DNA of 64,000 nt, taken from Squalus acanthias. Taxonomy: Eukaryota. The notes under the pieces were generated by a model. That model had not been told where the DNA came from, ran no database searches, and saw only the letters and a program-made list of their open reading frames with translations. The position numbers were made by a program, and so were the translations under genes. Numbering within the stretch: position 1 is the first letter of the stretch; each line of letters opens with the position of its first letter. The stretch covers positions 6,882,001 to 6,946,000 of the forward strand of contig CM059432.1 in assembly GCA_030390025.1 (NCBI GenBank), read 5' to 3'. Below are positions 36,825-47,867 of this stretch, piece by piece.

Positions 36825-37589
36825 GTGAGAAATATTTTTTCTGCATCTCTGAGTAAGGAATAAACGATCCCCCGCTCCCCACTTCCTTCTCCGAGCGTTA
36901 AATACAACCCTTTAGTGTTCAGATCATTTCCGTTTCCTCACAGAAATGTAAGTATTTAAATTGCAAACCTGTAGCCAGTACCCTTAAAGATGAATTCTGG
37001 AAAATGTGTGATAGCGAATCGGCAGCTTGTTTTACCCCTCAGACGCTATCCTTTTCCATTCACTTCAGATTGCCCCCACACTTGTGCCTTGTAGTGATAG
37101 GACTTGATCTTTGCCTGGATTCTCCATATGGTAACCTCTATCTTATTTTCAAGAGGAGCTTCACCGTGGAGATTAAGTGCCTATCCACAGAGGGGGAAGT
37201 AAAAGTAATACTGGAGTTGACCAAGGCTGCTTCTGAACACCTTTAGTTTTTGTCCTATAGCAGTATTGGAAAACCTGCAGGAACTGATTATCCTCCCGCC
37301 CTCCCATTCAGGGAATGATGCATTTGTAGATTTTTTTCCTTTAATTGGGGAGGGTGAAAGCGAGAAGGAATTTGCTGTGTGTAGATGGGCTCCTAATAAT
37401 ACTGCTTCGGGTTAAGGCTGCGAACATACAAAATCGATGGGCAGGAAAAGGTCAACTGGTCCATCAAGCCTGCTCCACACTCATGATGGCCAGAGCATCA
37501 TGACTAAACACTTCCTTCCTCCCTCCTCCCCGCTCACCCCAGCCATGTAATCCTGGGAGAGGCAAAAAACAGAGAAAAAACCCAAGATC

Positions 37590-38352
37590 AATAACAACAA
37601 CAACAACTTGTATTTATATAGCGCCTTTAACATAGTAAAACATCCCCAGGCGCTTCACAGGAGTGTTATAAGACAAAAAATTGACACTGAGCCACATAAG
37701 AAATTAGGGCAGGTGACCAAAAGCTTGGTCAAAGAGGTAGGTTTTAAGGAGCATCTTAAAGGAGGAAAAAGAGGTAGAGAGGCGGAGAGGTTTAGGGAGG
37801 GAGTTCCAGTGCTTAGGGCCTAGGCAACAGAAGGCATGGCCACCAATGGTTGAGCGATTATAATCAGGGATGCTCACGAGGGCAGAATTTGAGGAGCGCA
37901 GATATCTTTGCCGGGGGGCGGAGGCTGGAGGAGATTACAGAGAAAGGGAGGGGCGAGGCTAAGGAGGGATTTGAAAACAAGGATGAGAATTTTGAAGTCA
38001 AGGCATTGCTTAACCGGGAGCCAATGTAGGTCAGCGAGCACAGGGGTGATGGGTGAACGGGACTTGGTGCGAGTTAGGACACGGGCAGCCGAGTTTTGGA
38101 TCACCTCAAGTTTACGTAGGGTAGAATGTGGGAGGCCAGCCAGGGTGCGTTGGAATAGTCAAATCTCGAGGTAACAAAGGCATGGATGAGGGTTTCAGCA
38201 GCAGATGAGCTGAGGCAGGGGCGGAGACGGGAGATGTTACAGAGGTGGAAATAGGCGGTCTTAGTTATGCCACGGATATGTGGTCGGAAGCTCATTTCAG
38301 AGTCAAATATGACACCAAGGTTGCGAGCAGTCTGGTTCAGCCTCAGACAGAT
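37590..38352 (-). mobile_element. L2 LINE 3' portion
   Basis: AETLIHAFVTSRFDYSN, IQNSAARVLTRTK...LHWLPV, and a (CAA)n tail on the + strand. Confidence 0.9.
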
Positions 38353-38858
38353 GGAAAAAATAAGGGAAAAAATACTTTGGAAAATTGCTCCCCGACCCCC
38401 CTCAGTTGATCGAAACCAGCCCAGGAGATCACATAGACCAAGTGTTAACTATAAGGTTCCAGGCAACTCTGTGCTATTGAGTTACTCTGGCAATTACATA
38501 TTTCAGGAATGAGTTAAAGTTGGTAAAAATCTGAATATGTTGATAAACTTTCAAAACCGTTAAGCACTTTTCAGCTGAACTGCTGTTGTAAAGTGTAGGG
38601 AATCATAAAGACCAACTTTGGAGAGCGGAATCACCACTTTAAAAAAAAATCTGCTGTGGTGATGAATAATAGGTGTGCAGTTCATTAGTTTTGGAACGTC
38701 ACATTGAAATAGTGCATTGATTCTTCAAACCCATGATAGATGCCCAGCTCGTTAACATCGAACAAATCTGCTCTTTCTTTTGATGGGTGACTTCTAAGGC
38801 ATTGTTAGAAGCATCATTTTTTTTTTAGATTGATAAAATTCTCCGATTATGCTTTCAG

Positions 38859-38973
38859 AGATCTGTGTCGTTGGCGAACTCGAAGACCTGAGCGCTTCAG
38901 TAGATATTCAAGATGTGTACACAAAACTGAAGTGCAAAGTCGGCAGCTTCAATATTGATCACTACAAGAACAG
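38859..38973 (+). CDS. VPS13B: VPS13B internal coding exon (115 nt, phase 1/2)
   Basis: gctttcag|AGATCTGT...AAGAACAG|gtaatg. Encodes (E)ICVVGELEDLSASVDIQDVYTKLKCKVGSFNIDHYKN, matching human EVCMVSELEDLSASIDVQDVYTKVKCKIESFNIDHY. Not in the ORF track. Confidence 0.95.
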
Positions 38974-39629
38974 GTAATGGTTTGTCAGTTGTGGCAGGCG
39001 TACCATTCATTTTATGGGAAATCAGTAAATTGAAGAAGTCCATATTATGCTGCTGTCTGATGCTGCGATAAAAATGTTTCATCCACAATGCTGTGTTGGT
39101 TCCAGTTTCCAATTGCGGTGGAGGCCAGGTTTAACATCCAGTCCCCACACACACGTGTTGTGTTTGGCAGAATTTGCCGACAGCTGCGTGGCAGTGTCCC
39201 AGCGGCAATGAACTGAGAACCTTGGCTTTCTAGCCTGAGGGACTGCAAGGCCTTGGTCCCCATGTCAATCCAAAGGATTGCGAGAACCTTTTTTGCTGTC
39301 GAATGGCAAATTGCCTGTGCAGCGAAACAAGCCTGTGCTCCACCACCCGGCTCACAGCCAGCAGTGCTCAAAGAAGGGATGTCCCCAGATGGATCTTGGA
39401 GTGCAGTGTCTCCTTGGAAGTAACTTTTGTAGATCTGTCGGTTGTAGCTTGAATGTGCTAAGTGCAGTTTGAGTTATTGCCAGGGCCATCAGAAAACTGC
39501 GAGCACTCATTTTCTTTGGAAAACGTGCATTTAAAAAAAAAAGTCCCCATGCCTTTCCAAGGATTTATATAAACCCGAATGCAAATTTAATATTTATGGC
39601 CCAGGTACCAAACTGTATATTTTTCACAA

Positions 39630-39770
39630 AAAGCAAAATACTGCGGGTGCTGGAAATCTGAAATAAAAACAGAAAATGCTGGGAATACTCAGCAGGCCAG
39701 GCAGCATCTGTGGGGAGAGAGAGAGAGAGAGAGAGAGTCAACGTTTCAGGTCGATGACTTTTCGTCAGGA
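39630..39770 (-). mobile_element. Penelope-like pseudo-LTR fragment with hammerhead core
   Basis: Homologous to 41252-41380. A further piece at about 40030-40168 matches 41515-41635. Confidence 0.78.
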
Positions 39771-40175
39771 CTCATGCATAGTTTTCATACTCTTGCTAAA
39801 ACCCTTGAGCATCCGCAACTCATTCCGAATGCATCACCATATTGCACGCACCAAGTGGAAACTAGGGTAAGCGGCTTGGCATGTTTCGCAGACTACAAAA
39901 AAAAAAGCGTGCTGGCCCGGCCACTGAGCTTACCCTTCTCTCTCTGCTCCAGTCTGGTTACCATTAATTGTTCAGAGCTGCTCTGCGATACCCGCCAGAC
40001 TCTAACCAAGGATAATGCGAGGTTGCCCCTGGTGCTGAGACATTAACAGATGTGCAAGGCAAATGGAAATGGTAATGGGACAGGTTAAGAAACAAAGGAT
40101 GGCTCTAGATGAAGTGTAAATTGTGCTGGCAGAATGAAAGACAGCTGCCATGTGGGAGAGAAGAAAAGTGATACT

Positions 40176-40640
40176 ACAACAACAACAACAATTTGTATTT
40201 ATATAGCGCCTTTAACATGGTAAAACGTCCCAAGGCGCTGCACAGGAGTATTTTAAGACAACAAATTTGACACCGATCCACAGAAGGATAAATTAGGGCA
40301 AGTGACCAAAAGCTTGGTCAAAGAGGTAGGTTTTAAGGAGCGTCTTAAAGGAGGAGAGAGGTGTAGAGAGGCGGACAGGTTTAGGGAGGGAATTCCAGAG
40401 CTTGGGGCCTAGGCAACAGAAGGAACGGCCACCAATGGTTGAGCGATTATTATCAGGGATGTTCAAGAGGGCAGAATTAGAGGAGCGCAGATATCATGGG
40501 GGTGGGGGGGCGGTTGTGGGGCTGAAGGAGATTGCAGAGATAGGGAGGGGCGAGGGCCATAGAGCAATTTGAAAATAAGGATGAGAATTTTGAAATCGAG
40601 GCGCTTCTTAACAGGGACCAATGTAGGTCAGCGAGCACAG
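40176..40640 (-). mobile_element. L2 LINE 3' end
   Basis: (CAA)n-tttgtatttatatagcgcc start; homologous to 37590-38045. Confidence 0.85.
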
Positions 40641-41345
40641 AATTCCCTGCATTGCTTGCAGTAAAACTATGTGCGTTTTCTTGGACCACAGCATCTCTGC
40701 AGCTTTGAGCATTCCTGCAGATTTTAACATCAATTTCTTTTGGTACGGATTTATACAGATTTCTGATGGCCCTGGTTATTACCTTTATTTTCAAATCAGC
40801 GCATCAAAAGGATGAATATTCCAAAATAATGTAATGGGGCTGCGCAGAACAAAGCGCAGCCGACAGCGAACATTGGCTGCATTGTAACTTGCGCCCGCTG
40901 CAATCTTTTTGACTTTTGTTTTTCACACTCGTAAAATTCACGGAAACATGTTGGAATTTTAAAAGAATTTAAAAGAAAACCGAGTCACCAGGTTAGACCA
41001 GTTGTTTTATCATAGTTCACAACCAGGTAACTGAGAGTTGCCTTTCTGAGCAGCCTGACGCAGCAATTACCCTACCGTGCTTGTGATTAACGTCTCCAGC
41101 TGGTTGGTCGACAGAGCTCAGAGACTGTCCCATTCTCCTCGTAAAAAGAGGGGATGAGAAAACGAGCCTCAAGACAGAAAAGTGAGAGAGAACCATTGAT
41201 AACAATTGAAATAGTTTCCGGTCTTGGACTATAAAACATTTATTAAATAAAAGCAAAATACTGCGGATGCTGGAAATCTGAAATAAAAACAGAAAATTCT
41301 GGAAATACTCAGCAGGTCAGGCAGCATCTGTGGAGAGAGAAACAG

Positions 41346-41382
41346 AGTTAACGTTTCAGGTCGATGACCCTTCGTCAGAACT
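41346..41382 (-). ncRNA. Minimal type I hammerhead ribozyme motif (Penelope-associated)
   Basis: Minus strand AGTT-CTGACGA-A-GGGTC-ATC-GACCT-GAAA-CG-TT-AACT: stem I, CUGANGA core, stem II, GAAA, palindromic AACGTT stem III, UH site. Confidence 0.72.
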
Positions 41383-42090
41383 GGAAAAAAGCAGGAAATG
41401 GAACAGATTTTTAAGCAAGTGTAGGAGCTGGGAAATGGGGGAGGGTAGGAAAGAACAAAAGGGAAGGTCTGTGACAGGGTGGAAGGCAGGAGAGATTAAG
41501 AGACAAAAGAAATGATGGTGCAAGGCAAAAGGAGATAGTAATGGGACAAGTTAAGAAACAAAAGATGGCTCTGGATGAAGTGTAAATGGCACTGGCAGAA
41601 TGAAAGACAGCTGCCATGTGGGAGAGAGAGAAAATAAATAAATGGTCACCTGTCACTTTAACACTCCCACTCAGACCTCTCTGTCCTCGGCCTCTTGCAC
41701 TGTTCCAATGAAGCTCAACGTAAGCTCGAGGAACAGCACCTCATCTTTCGATTAGGCACTTTACAGCCTTCTGGACTCAACACCGAGTTCAACAATTTCA
41801 GACCATAACCTCTGCCCCTATCTTTTTTTCCATTTATTTATTTTTTCTCTCTCCCACTAGCAGCGGTCTTTCATTCTGCCAGTGCCATTTACACTTCATC
41901 CAGAGCCATCTTTTGTTTCTTAACTTGTCCCATTACCATCTCCTTTTGCCTTGCACCATAATTTCTTTTGTCTCTTAATCTCTCCGGCCTTCCACCCTAT
42001 CAGAGACCTTCCCATTTGTTCTTTCCTCCCCTCCCCCCTTTCCCTGCCCCTGCACTTGCTTAAAAACCTGTTCCATCTCCAGCCTTTTCC

Positions 42091-42126
42091 AGTTCTGACG
42101 AAGGATCATCGACCTGAAACGTTAAC
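42091..42126 (+). ncRNA. Minimal type I hammerhead ribozyme motif (sense to VPS13B)
   Basis: AGTT-CTGACGA-AGGATCATCGACCT-GAAA-CG-TT-AAC; stem II has one substitution relative to the partner copy. Confidence 0.62.
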
Positions 42127-42895
42127 CCTGTTTCTCTCCCCACAGATGCTGCCTGACCTGCTGAGTATTTCCAGCATTTTCTGTTTTTATTTTATTTATT
42201 AAATAAATGTTTTTTAATAGTTAAATAATAATTCCCTTTTTCGGGGTGGGAAATCTGTTCAGCCACATTGGGCCAAGATTTTATCCCATTAAGGCAGTTG
42301 GATCTTTTGGATATTTTGGAAGAGCTCAGCAACATTGGGTTCCTGGTATCAGCACACACTACGAATCTCAATCGGAGTGCTCTATTTAGAAGCTGCAAAC
42401 TGATTAAAGCACGGATCCAATGCCCTTGATAGTGACATTTGTTGAAGGTTTTGACCTTCAAGAAGAAAATGTCCGGTCTGAGAGACACATTTTAATTTTT
42501 TAGTGTTATTCAGTTTGGTTATGTGGCCTTTTGACTACAATACACAAGATAGTGTCTGCGCTTACTTGCTGTCTGCACCACTTGACTTCTTCTCATCATG
42601 TTCTTATTGCACTTCTAATGTCAACTTTTTCCATTATGAATTTCTGGGTCCACATTTATCCTTTGTTTTGTCTGTAAACTTGTCATGCAGTAATTCCACA
42701 ATCTGGCTGTTGGGTGACTTTGTGCCCTGTTACAAATATAGTCCTTGCCTTGGATATGCGCTCGGCTAAGCGATCTGCGCTTCCTGTGTTTAAGGCTGTT
42801 CCCTAACGACCCAATATCTAGCAGCACAGTAATACAACCCAGGGGTGGACCAATACCCTTGTGATCTGAATTGGATATTTGTTTCTATCACACGT

Positions 42896-44596
42896 GTCTT
42901 CCCCCCCCCCGCCCCATCTTCCCCCTCCCCCCCTCGCCCCGTCTTCCCCCCCCCGCCCCATCTTCCCCCTCCCCCCCTCGCCCCGTCTTCCCCCCCCCTC
43001 GCCCCGTCTTCCCCCCCCTCGCCCCGTCTTCCCCCCCCTCGCCCCGTCTTCCCCCCCCTCGCCCCGTCTTCCCCCCCCTCGCCCCGTCTTCCCCCCCCTC
43101 GCCCCGTCTTCCCCCCCCCTCGCCCCGTCTTCCCCCCCCTCGCCCCGTCTTCCCCCCTCTCGCCCCGTCTTCCCCCCCTCGCCCCGTCTTCCCCCCCCCT
43201 CGCCCCGTCTTCCCCCCCCTCGCCCCGTCTTCCCCCCCCTCGCCCCGTCTTCCCCCCCCTCGCCCCGTCTTCCCCCCCTCGCCCCGTCTTCCCCCCCCTC
43301 GGCCCCGTCTTCCCCCCCCTCGCCCCGTCTTCCCCCCCCCTCGCCCCGTCTTCCCCCCCCTCGCCCCGTCTTCCCCCCCCTCGCCCCGTCTTCCCCCCCT
43401 CGCCCCGTCTTCCCCCCCTCGCCCCGTCTTCCCCTCGCCCCGTCTTCCCCTCGCCCCGTCTTCCCCTCGCCCCGTCTTCCCCCCCTCGCCCCGTCTTCCC
43501 CCCCCCCTCGCCCCGTCTTCCCCCCCCTCGCCCCGTCTTCCCCCCCCTCGCCCCGTCTTCCCCCCCCTCGCCCCGTCTTCCCCCCCGCCCTCTCGCCCCG
43601 TCTTCTCCCCCCCCCTCGCCCCGTCTTCCCCCCCCTCGCCCCGTCTTCCCCCCCCTCGCCCCGTCTTTCCCCCCCTCGCCCCGTCTTCCCCCCCCTCGCC
43701 CCGTCTTCCCCCCCCCTCGCCCCGTCTTCCCCCCCCCTCGCCCCGTCTTCCCCCCCCTCGCCCCGTCTTCCCCCCCCTCGCCCCGTCTTCCCCCCCCTCG
43801 CCCCGTCTTCCCCCCCCCTCGCCCCGTCTTCCCCCCCCTCGCCCCGTCTTTCCCCCCCCTCGCCCCGTCTTTCCCCCCCTCGCCCCGTCTTTCCCCCCCC
43901 TCGCCCCGTCTTTCCCCCCCTCGCCCCGTCTTTCCCCCCCTCGCCCCGTCTTTCCCCCCCTCGCCCCGTCTTTCCCCCCCTCGCCCCGTCTTTCCCCCCC
44001 TCGCCCGTCTTTCCCCCCCCTCGCCCCGTCTTTCCCCCCCTCGCCCCGTCTTTCCCCCCCCTCGCCCCGTCTTTCCCCCCCTCGCCCCGTCTTTCCCCCC
44101 CTCGCCCCGTCTTCCCCCCCTCGCCCCGTCTTTCCCCCCCCTCGCCCCGTCTTTCCCCCCCTCGCCCCGTCTTCCCCCCCTCGCCCCGTCTTTCCCCCCC
44201 TCGCCCCGTCTTTCCCCCCTCGCCCCGTCTTTCCCCCCCTCGCCCCGTCTTTCCCCCCCTCGCCCCGTCTTTCCCCCCCTCGCCCCGTCTTTCCCCCCTC
44301 GCCCCGTCTTTCCCCCCCTCGCCCCGTCTTTCCCCCCCTCGCCCCGTCTTTCCCCCCCTCGCCCCGTCTTCCCCCCCCCCCCCTCGCCCGGTCTTCCCCC
44401 CCCCCCTCGCCCGTCTTCCCCCCCCCCCCTCGCCCCGTCTTCCCCCCCCCCTCGCCCCGTCTCCCCCCCCCCCCCCTCGCCCCGTCTTCCCCCCCCCCCC
44501 CCTCGCCCCGTCTTCCCCCCCCCCCCCCTCGCCCCGTCTCCCCCCCCCCTCGCCCCGTCTCCCCCCTCGCCCCGTCTCCCCCCCCCCTCGCCCCGT
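42896..44596. repeat. C-rich minisatellite, ~20-bp unit TCGCCCCGTCTT(T)C(4-13)
   Basis: Uninterrupted tandem array of about 1.7 kb (roughly 80-85 units) with no A on the + strand apart from the first degenerate units. Confidence 0.97.
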
Positions 44597-45219
44597 GCCC
44601 ATTGACTGGAGCGGGTAATCACATAATGACAAGTTTGCATTGGTAGTTTACATTATAATTGTGGACAAAGAAATATTTTCATGAAAATGGAGAAATAAGG
44701 ACAGAAAGTATGACTTTTGAATGGGTGCTGAATTATGTCTACGTGTCCAATTATCCACCACCCTCTAACCCCGTTTGATTCACTTGGTTTTGACTCCTCA
44801 ATGCCACAAAACTTGTCAAATATAACATATATAATATTTTACATGTGGGTGGAATGATGACTCATTTTTCTAAGCAAGTATAGTTTTGAGACAGTTAAAT
44901 TTTATACTGGAATATCATGACCTTCTTTACAGAGTGAACAACCTGCATTTCCAGTTATATTGATAAAATGATAAATGTTTTTAAACATTATAAATCCATG
45001 AGAGTGATGCCATTTCAGAAGTAAAAATAAGAATTACTTGTGGGGAAAGTCAAATTTGACTATTGGGCAGAGCCGTGATTATTCCTCCTTTTGATATGGT
45101 AAGGAGTTGTAGTTATTTAATTATTGGGGAGTGTATATTCAGTGCAGTTTATATTTTGTATAAGTCAATAAAGTCGCAAGATTATTTAGACTAGACAAGG
45201 CAGGTATTATGTTTTCCAG

Positions 45220-45286
45220 GCCAGGTGAAGGCTGGCACACAGGACAGTTTGATGGACTGCTTCTACAATGCAAAGAAAAACCTGGG
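45220..45286 (+). CDS. VPS13B: VPS13B mutually exclusive exon, short form (67 nt, phase 2/0; human exon 28b equivalent)
   Basis: gttttccag|GCCAGGT...CCTGGG|gtgaga. Encodes (R)PGEGWHTGQFDGLLLQCKEKPG, similar to recalled human RPGEGWQSGHFEGVFLQCKEK. Confidence 0.9.
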
Positions 45287-46869
45287 GTGAGACTCTCATA
45301 GTGAATAAGCCACTGCAGATTTCTCAATCCTTCAAGCTGGATGATAAATTTCTTGCAAATTCTGAGGCAGAATGTGAAGACAATGGTTACAAGTGCTGAA
45401 CTATTTGACAGGATTTTTGCAGTTAGATGTGACACTTTTTGTATGCTTCAATCAACCTCTTTTTTTTTTGAAGAACATGTGAAAGAATACAGGAAAAAGC
45501 TCTTCAGCTCATTAATCCCATTTCTCCTGCGGTCTATGTACAATCTACCCTTAACGCAGATCCTGCTCGTCTTCTAAGAGAAAGTTCTGTCTTACTATCC
45601 CCTGATCGTCAGATGTAATCAAGCAAAGCTCTAGAATATTTGCCCATCATTATTATTATTATTTACTGTGGTCTCCTGGCCCCCATCAGACAAGATCTTT
45701 CTTCCACTGCCCCCTTCTCCATCATTTCCTGAAGATTGTTTGATCATCTCAGCCTAGACCTATCCTCAGAATCTCAATTAGAATTTCAAACTGTAATGCC
45801 TGCAATGATGTCCTTTTAAAACTCGTTATTAGCGATGAAAAATTAAACACCTCTTTAAAATAACAGAATTACTTGCAAAAAGAGAAAATAGCACACACGA
45901 TTCTAAACAGTTGGCTGCCACTCTGATCTGCAAGACTTCCCTCTCATAACTAAAAGTTTACGTTTAAAATAACTTAAGGAAATAAATAGATAATTTTCAT
46001 ACAGTTGCTTAAGACATACGTATTGGTATATCCCAAAGTGAAAGAAAACCAAAAGTTGAAATGATTGCTGAAGTGGATTCCAAAATAGTTCAGGTCAGAA
46101 TTAATGTGACCTTATTCTAAAAATCCTGGTTATACAATCTTAATTGAAATTATATAAAATATATGACACTATTAAAAAAAATTTTACTTCATAATTTTAA
46201 TTTGAACTGTAGCATTTTGTTTTCTTAGTCGGTTACAATGTTTAACTTGTAAAAGTCTACAATTTGAAAAGGCAGTGGTTCCCAAAGGTTCAGTTCTTGT
46301 AACTTTGTTTTCTCATTTCTAGTGGTGCTTACTGCTTATATTCCAAATCAAATAGGTTTTACTTTCTACTTCCTGTTGAATTTAATTTTGTACGTTAGAC
46401 CAACAGGAAATCTGTAAGTCTCTTCACGTTTTGCCCATAGTTATGTGTTCCTTATTGAACCGTAGTAATTACAAATTCAAAATCAAAACACGCTTCAAAT
46501 GTCATTTTGGTAAAATTTTTGTAAATAAGTAATCCTACGTTAGAATTTCATAGTAATTTTGTTACTGTGATAATGTAATACTTTGGAAGTTTAATTATGA
46601 CTTGATTAGTAAAAGATTCACCTGCTGACCTCCACAGCTCTTTGGTGTGACTTGTGGACAACGAGGCTGATCATCGTACTTGTTATAGGGAACACATAAC
46701 ATGAGATCACTCGGATGGCTGCACCTTGCAGCTGCTTTCAGCTGTTAAAACCTTCAGTATAATCGACAAATTCTTAAATTTTTTTGCTTATGCCCTTTTT
46801 ATTGCTTCCCCCCCCCCAACCCCACCCCAACCCACTGTCTGTCTTATTCCTCTTGTCCATCACCTCAAG

Positions 46870-47011
46870 CCTTGGGGAAGGCCCATGGTCTCTGGGGCAT
46901 TTCGGAGGTGTTGTACTTTCTTGTACTGACAAGCTGAACAGACGCACCTTGTTGGTTCGACCCCTCAGCAAGCAAGATCCTTTCAATCATTTCTCTGGCT
47001 TCTTTCCTCGT
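46870..47011 (+). CDS. VPS13B: VPS13B mutually exclusive exon, long form (142 nt, phase 2/0; human exon 28 equivalent)
   Basis: cacctcaag|CCTTGGG...CCTCGT|gtaaga. Encodes (S)LGEGPWSLGHFGGVVLSCTDKLNRRTLLVRPLSKQDPFNHFSGFFPR, matching human SLGEECWSLGQCGGVFLSCTDKLNRRTLLVRPISKQDPF. Confidence 0.93.
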
Positions 47012-47867
47012 GTAAGAACTAAGTTAAATTACTATTACTGATTTAATCTTTTAATAACTTTTAATCTGTATGTATTTACTGCATATATATATATATATAT
47101 AGATATGCGTGAAATATCTTCAATAAGTAACAATGATCAATAGCTTAATTACTTCCTTGAGTAGGACCACAGCCTGTTGTTTTTTTTTAAAAAAAACACA
47201 ATTTTTCACGTTTAAGGAGCAACTGTCACAAAATAGTTTTGATGCTGACAAAAATGAAGGAAATCACAACAGTACTATTCAAATCTGTCAGAGATGAATA
47301 AACTCCTTTAACAATTGGCCCTTACCAGCAGGGTCGCTGCTTCACTATTGTGTTTGGTGAAGCAAGGGAGCAAGTGATCACAAGGTGTACTTAGTCAATT
47401 TAATGGAACAGGTATATATGTGGAGCTGTATATTACCACCACCCCCCCCCCCCCCCCAACCAAAAAAAAAAGCACTTGGAACAGGTGTCGAAGTAATTTT
47501 AAAACAAAGAATCTTTGTCAGCAAATGGTATTTGGAAACGAGTAATGAAACCCATTAAAATAGGTTTTTACTCAAAGTAACCAGAGCTTCAATTACAATA
47601 GTGTTGTGTTTTCATTTAAAAGTAGAGCCCACCAGGTGCTCCACAAGGAAGTAATTTGCTTGTATGAGACTTTGGGAAAAAAGGTACTTTCATTTTTATA
47701 TATTTATTGCAGATGCTTACGCTTGCTGCTTAAAATGAACAACTTTAAAAACTGTCTTATCACTAATAAGCATGGTTACTATCAAGTAAAAGTTTCTTCC
47801 GTTTTATTTGGCATGTATGTCCGTTGCCCTATTATTGATTTGTGGTGTATGCTTTGTGATCATGCAG

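Larger units (their letters stand above)
41252..42193 (+). mobile_element. 5'-truncated Penelope-like retroelement with inverted pseudo-LTRs and 14-bp TSD
   Basis: Inverted arms at about 41280-41635 and 41835-42193. 41674-41808 encodes DLSVLGLLHCSNEAQRKLEEQHLIFRLGTLQPSGLNTEFNNFRP*, typical of a GIY-YIG endonuclease C-terminus. TSD atttattaaataaa at 41238-51 and 42194-207. Confidence 0.88.

Noticed and set aside
42896..44596. CRISPR-like array
   Set aside because: There are no unique spacers or cas genes; it is a simple tandem repeat in a vertebrate intron.
42790..44646. Five ~600-aa Pro-rich or Gly/Arg-rich ORFs
   Set aside because: They are an artefact of a stop-free minisatellite: open in most frames on both strands, with variable homopolymer lengths.
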